From the human T2T-CHM13v2.0 reference genome, Homo sapiens: 64,000 bases of DNA. The translations under genes were made by a program, and so were the position numbers. Shown here one piece after another: positions 60,289 to 64,000 of this stretch (positions are counted from its first letter, which is position 1; every line of letters starts with the position of its first letter). Where the stretch lies: the NCBI RefSeq assembly GCF_009914755.1, contig NC_060933.1; one strand, written 5' to 3'. Under the pieces are notes generated by a model. The model saw only the letters and a program-made list of their open reading frames with translations. It had not been told where the DNA came from and did not search any database.

Positions 60289-61224
60289 CAGGATTCCCAG
60301 TTCTTCAATTACGTGTGAGAGAAAACTCAAGTCTCTCATACCAACTGACCCATGTTCACTGACTTAACCAGAGGTCTGTCTCCCAGCACTGGCTCATGGG
60401 GCACCACAGGACAAGGAGAGTTTGGAGAGTCAGGGCTTAGAACAAAGGGAAGTACCTGGTTGGAAGATCCCTGTGTTCAGTGGCCTTTAGCTCTGATGCA
60501 CCCATTTCTACAACAGGAATGCTGAAAGCTCAGCTGTACGTATCTGCGGGATTCAAAGTCAGATACTCTGTATCACCTGGAATCTCAGAAAAAGAAAGGT
60601 CTATAAAGGCAGCCATCTAACATGTGCTGGATCCAGGGCCAGGATGGGGACGCTGGGCCAGGGCTAGGCAGATACTGGAGATGCTCCTCCTCATTTTTGT
60701 TTATTTTCTATGATGACCTTATAATATTCTGATTTCTGCTTCTTGCCTCAAGACTGTAATATCACCAATATAGTGAAGTCTTACTCTCGTCTAGAAGCCA
60801 GTCAGCATGGTTAAGGTGCCTGTAACTATGTGTTTATTTTATGGTATAACTCCAAGAGGGAGCTTCATTTTCCTTATCACTGAACTCTCTGAAGCCCTCA
60901 CCATGCTGCCTGAGATGCTCTGGCCCAGCCTGCCTTCTAGAATTCTACTGCTCCTCTAGCACACTACTGGGCCATGAACTGTTAGTTACTACTCTGGGAC
61001 AAAATAAATACAGAAATGGAAAGTGAGCATTAAAAAAATTTTATAACAACTTAGTATTGCTGTAACATACAAGACTTTGATTAGTAAACGTGTCATTGAA
61101 GAGGTTATTGACAGTTTAGGAGTTATTGAACTTGTACAGTGAGTCACAGGTGGTACAAACTGCATACTAGTCAAGTTCAGATGTAGTAGGACCATAAACC
61201 AGCCTGCAAAGGATTGGCAATAAA

Positions 61225-61260
61225 ACACACACGCGCACACACACACACACACACACACAC
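61225..61260. repeat. (CA)n microsatellite
   Basis: AC run with a CGCG interruption. Confidence 0.95.
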
Positions 61261-61682
61261 TCTCACTCAAACTAAACTAGGCTTTCACTAGAGAGAGTTT
61301 GAAAAAGCAAACTCATCTTAACTTTCAAGTCTTAGCTTAGCTTTTTTCTTCTGTGAAGGCCTGAAAAATATTCCTTATGCTGCCTGCCCTTTGTACATAC
61401 CTTCATTAATAAAATTATTTTCTTATATAATAATTACTAATTTGCATTGATCTCTAGACTATGAAGATGTAGACAGTGCTGAATTAGCTTGGATTTGCAT
61501 ATGGGGCATAATAAAATTTTGTAATCGTTGTTGAATGACTGACTAAATAGAGGAAGAAATGTAGTTTCCTCTGCCCCTACCACCAAGGTTTCTTCTCATG
61601 GATATTTCTTTGGCACTCTGAATTCTGAAGAGGTGGAGAGGTGTTGTCTTAGATTTTGTCCTGTATTTAGATGAATGGCCCC

Positions 61683-62190
61683 TGTATTACTCAGCATGAT
61701 TGAGCATGACAGCAAGTAAGTTAACTGGCTTAGACAGAAAGGAGATTTATTGGCTCTGATATCAAACTGTTGGATGGATGGGCAGGGGTACAGCTGGCCT
61801 TAGGGATGTCAGGAACCAGGGGCTCAATTTCCACCAGGCCTGTCTCTCATGTGCTGCCTTTGCTTCTACCTTACCCTGCATGCTAGTTTCTTTTCACCAA
61901 GTTTTGGGCACAGACAGGTGCTAGGTCACATCCTCTTAGCTTTGACTCCAGGGTGGAAAAAACTTTCTTCTCTTAGTTCCAATTTGGAAAGTTCTGGGGA
62001 AGGACTCTGATCAGTTTTTGCTGATTTCATGGTCCTTTCTGTGGCCTGAGGTGGTGTGGGGAGTTACAGTTGTCCAACCGCACTAGAGCGGAATAGGTGG
62101 AGAAGGGGAGACTCCATCCTCATTCCAATGGGGAGTGCTGTTCCCAGAAAGAGGGAGGAGTGCTAGGCAGACAAAAGGTAACTGCTCATT
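61683..62190 (-). mobile_element. Old MaLR LTR (MLT1J/K-like)
   Basis: actggctta...gatttattggctc...ggaaccaggggctcaa...gggaaggactctgat...tgctaggcagacaaaa. Confidence 0.65.
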
Positions 62191-62314
62191 ACAGCCAAAG
62201 AGCATTGATTAGCACAGATTCCTGTCTGAAGAGAAAGCCAAGTCTTGCATTCATCCACTTTTGATGTCTTCGTCCACAGCCACCCCTTCTAGGTCAGGAC
62301 ATCATAGGTTTTCC

Positions 62315-62560
62315 TCATCATCAGCATCATATTTATTTAGTGAGCACCAGCTATATGCTAGGCACCAGACCAGGTAATCGTATATTATCTCATGTATTTC
62401 TACAATAATCCTATGAGGCAGAAATTCTTTTCCTACTTTGTCAAGGTTCGGCCACATTAAATAATTTACCCAAGGTCACATACCTAGTAAGTGGAGAATC
62501 TGCAATTTAAGTCCTAGTCTGACTTCAGAGCCTGTCTTCTTTCTGCTACCTTATTACTGC
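62315..62560 (-). mobile_element. MIR
   Basis: acaataatcctatgaggcag...ataatttacccaaggtcacatacctagtaagtggag. Confidence 0.8.
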
Positions 62561-63269
62561 TTAGGATTTGGGCAGCTCTAGGATGAGAAATACTCCTAAT
62601 AACAATATGTAATTGAACTCAAAGACTTTTGCCCTCCAACCACGCCCTCTAAAATCTCCACTGGAAATTCTCTGTCTGTGATGATTTGTGAACATGTTTT
62701 ATGAAAGCTCCAGGCATAAGGAACATCGTTTGGAACAGGTTTGGAACAAACAACTCTTTAAGCCCGTTTACCAGTCTAAATCTGAAGGTGGTCATAGTTG
62801 GCTAACTGGCAAAATGAGTGGGCGATGAACCACACTGATTATTCATTTTGATGGAACCAATTATGGTGTCCATGATTATTATTTTTTTAGAGTGTTTGAA
62901 AAAACAAGCTGAAGAAATGCCATAAAAATCTGTTATGTTCCCAGGAGAATGTTCTGTGTTTATCTCTAGGCCACAACAGAGTCTCAATTTTAGTTGACAA
63001 TAAAATAGTAAGAAGAATAATGGCAATAGTAATGTCCATAGTCTGCCACTGGTTCTTATTTTCCTCCAGTAGTGAAATGCATGAAAATAAGGTAAATTTT
63101 AATGTTATTTTGAATAAAAGAATCAAGATATCCTACAACCTCTTAGTGTAATATGTAAAGATTAACTTAGTGTTTTAGTTTCAGAATGAGTGAAGTTGAT
63201 TCCTCTTATAACATTGAAAGTAATGATGAGTGTATCATTCATCCGTTGAATATTTTTCTGCCCCTGTGA

Positions 63270-63600
63270 GGAAAAGATATTGTATGTGGGGGAAACCTGC
63301 GTGAAGGATTGCCTGGGTTAGTATTTGCTAAGGGATTAGAACAGAGCCTGGCACACAGTGAGAACTATAAATGTTGGTTAAATTAAACTATAGTGCTTGG
63401 AAGTTTATGAGCCCTTGCATATATGATACACTTTTTAATTCTTGCAACAACCGTGGGAGTTGGTATAACAGTGATGATTATTCCCACTTTACAGATGAAG
63501 AAAATGTCATACAGAGAAGTTAAAGGACTTGCTTAAGGTCACCCAGCTAGTAACTAAAAGGGATTAATTTATAATTCAGGATTCTATTTCCCTTTTTGGT
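63270..63600. mobile_element. Two tail-to-tail MIR fragments (+ then -)
   Basis: tagaacagagcctggcacacagtga (+); cccactttacagatgaagaaa...cttgcttaaggtcacccagctagtaa (-). Confidence 0.7.
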
Positions 63601-63689
63601 GCTCAGGCCACTTGATCAGCAGTAGCCAAGATTTGGTTTTCATGGACCAGTTTAACAATTGGGGAAAATTATGCAGCTTATTCCTCATT

Positions 63690-64000
63690 TCTCGTCTTCC
63701 CTCATTTCATTCTGGACCCATCCCTGGCCTGCTCTGTGTCCAAGAGGCTGACCTGTGGGCTGTACCAGCTCCTTGCAGGCTGGCTTCCAGTTGACCAGTG
63801 GGGGTCCCTGGCAGGAGACTGAGTAGTGACAGGAGAGAAACTCTGCTGCAGTGTGGCATGTCAGGGGTAGTGATACTCCTTCAAAGTTATGGCTTCTGCT
63901 GGTGGCCCCTTCTCCATGGCTCCAGCACTCACCAGCCTTCAGTGACACAATTTTCTCCCCTTGACCCTTCTGGGCATCTCATTGCCCTTGTTTATTCTCC
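63690..64000 (+). mobile_element. LTR33-like ERVL LTR (runs off the window)
   Basis: cctgctctgtgtccaagaggctgacctgtggg...ctggcttccagttg...tggcaggagactga...ctccatggctccagc. Confidence 0.65.

Overview
This is primate (human-like) nuclear DNA: AT-rich, CpG-depleted and about half interspersed repeats. I can support no protein-coding gene, RNA gene, CRISPR array or processed pseudogene. Every ORF with a recognisable product is a broken L1 ORF1/ORF2 piece or an Alu/LTR read-through. Bases 1-20 kb are a nested, mostly minus-strand LINE-1 stack: a near-full-length L1PA13-16-like element, carrying an AluSc, sits inside an older L1M. Bases 20-30 kb and 45-64 kb are a mosaic of MIR, L2, L3, MaLR/ERV solo LTRs, hAT MITEs and Alus, many with readable target-site duplications (TSDs). 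Bases 30.5-45 kb are repeat-poor and hold the best functional candidates: a 99-nt + strand non-coding exon with strong splice signals (40915-41013), a possible upstream TATA promoter and first exon, and a CpG-retaining element with POU, RFX and NEUROD-type motifs (41.1-41.5 kb). Several DNA-repair or template-switching scars are directly visible: a 39-bp inverted-repeat mosaic at 5.2 kb, a 34-bp micro-inversion inside L1 ORF2, an orphan L1 RT fragment and a deletion across an L1/L1 junction. I found no evidence for a novel multi-gene system. Repeat subfamily names come from recalled consensus sequences and need RepeatMasker/Dfam confirmation. Boundaries without TSDs are approximate.
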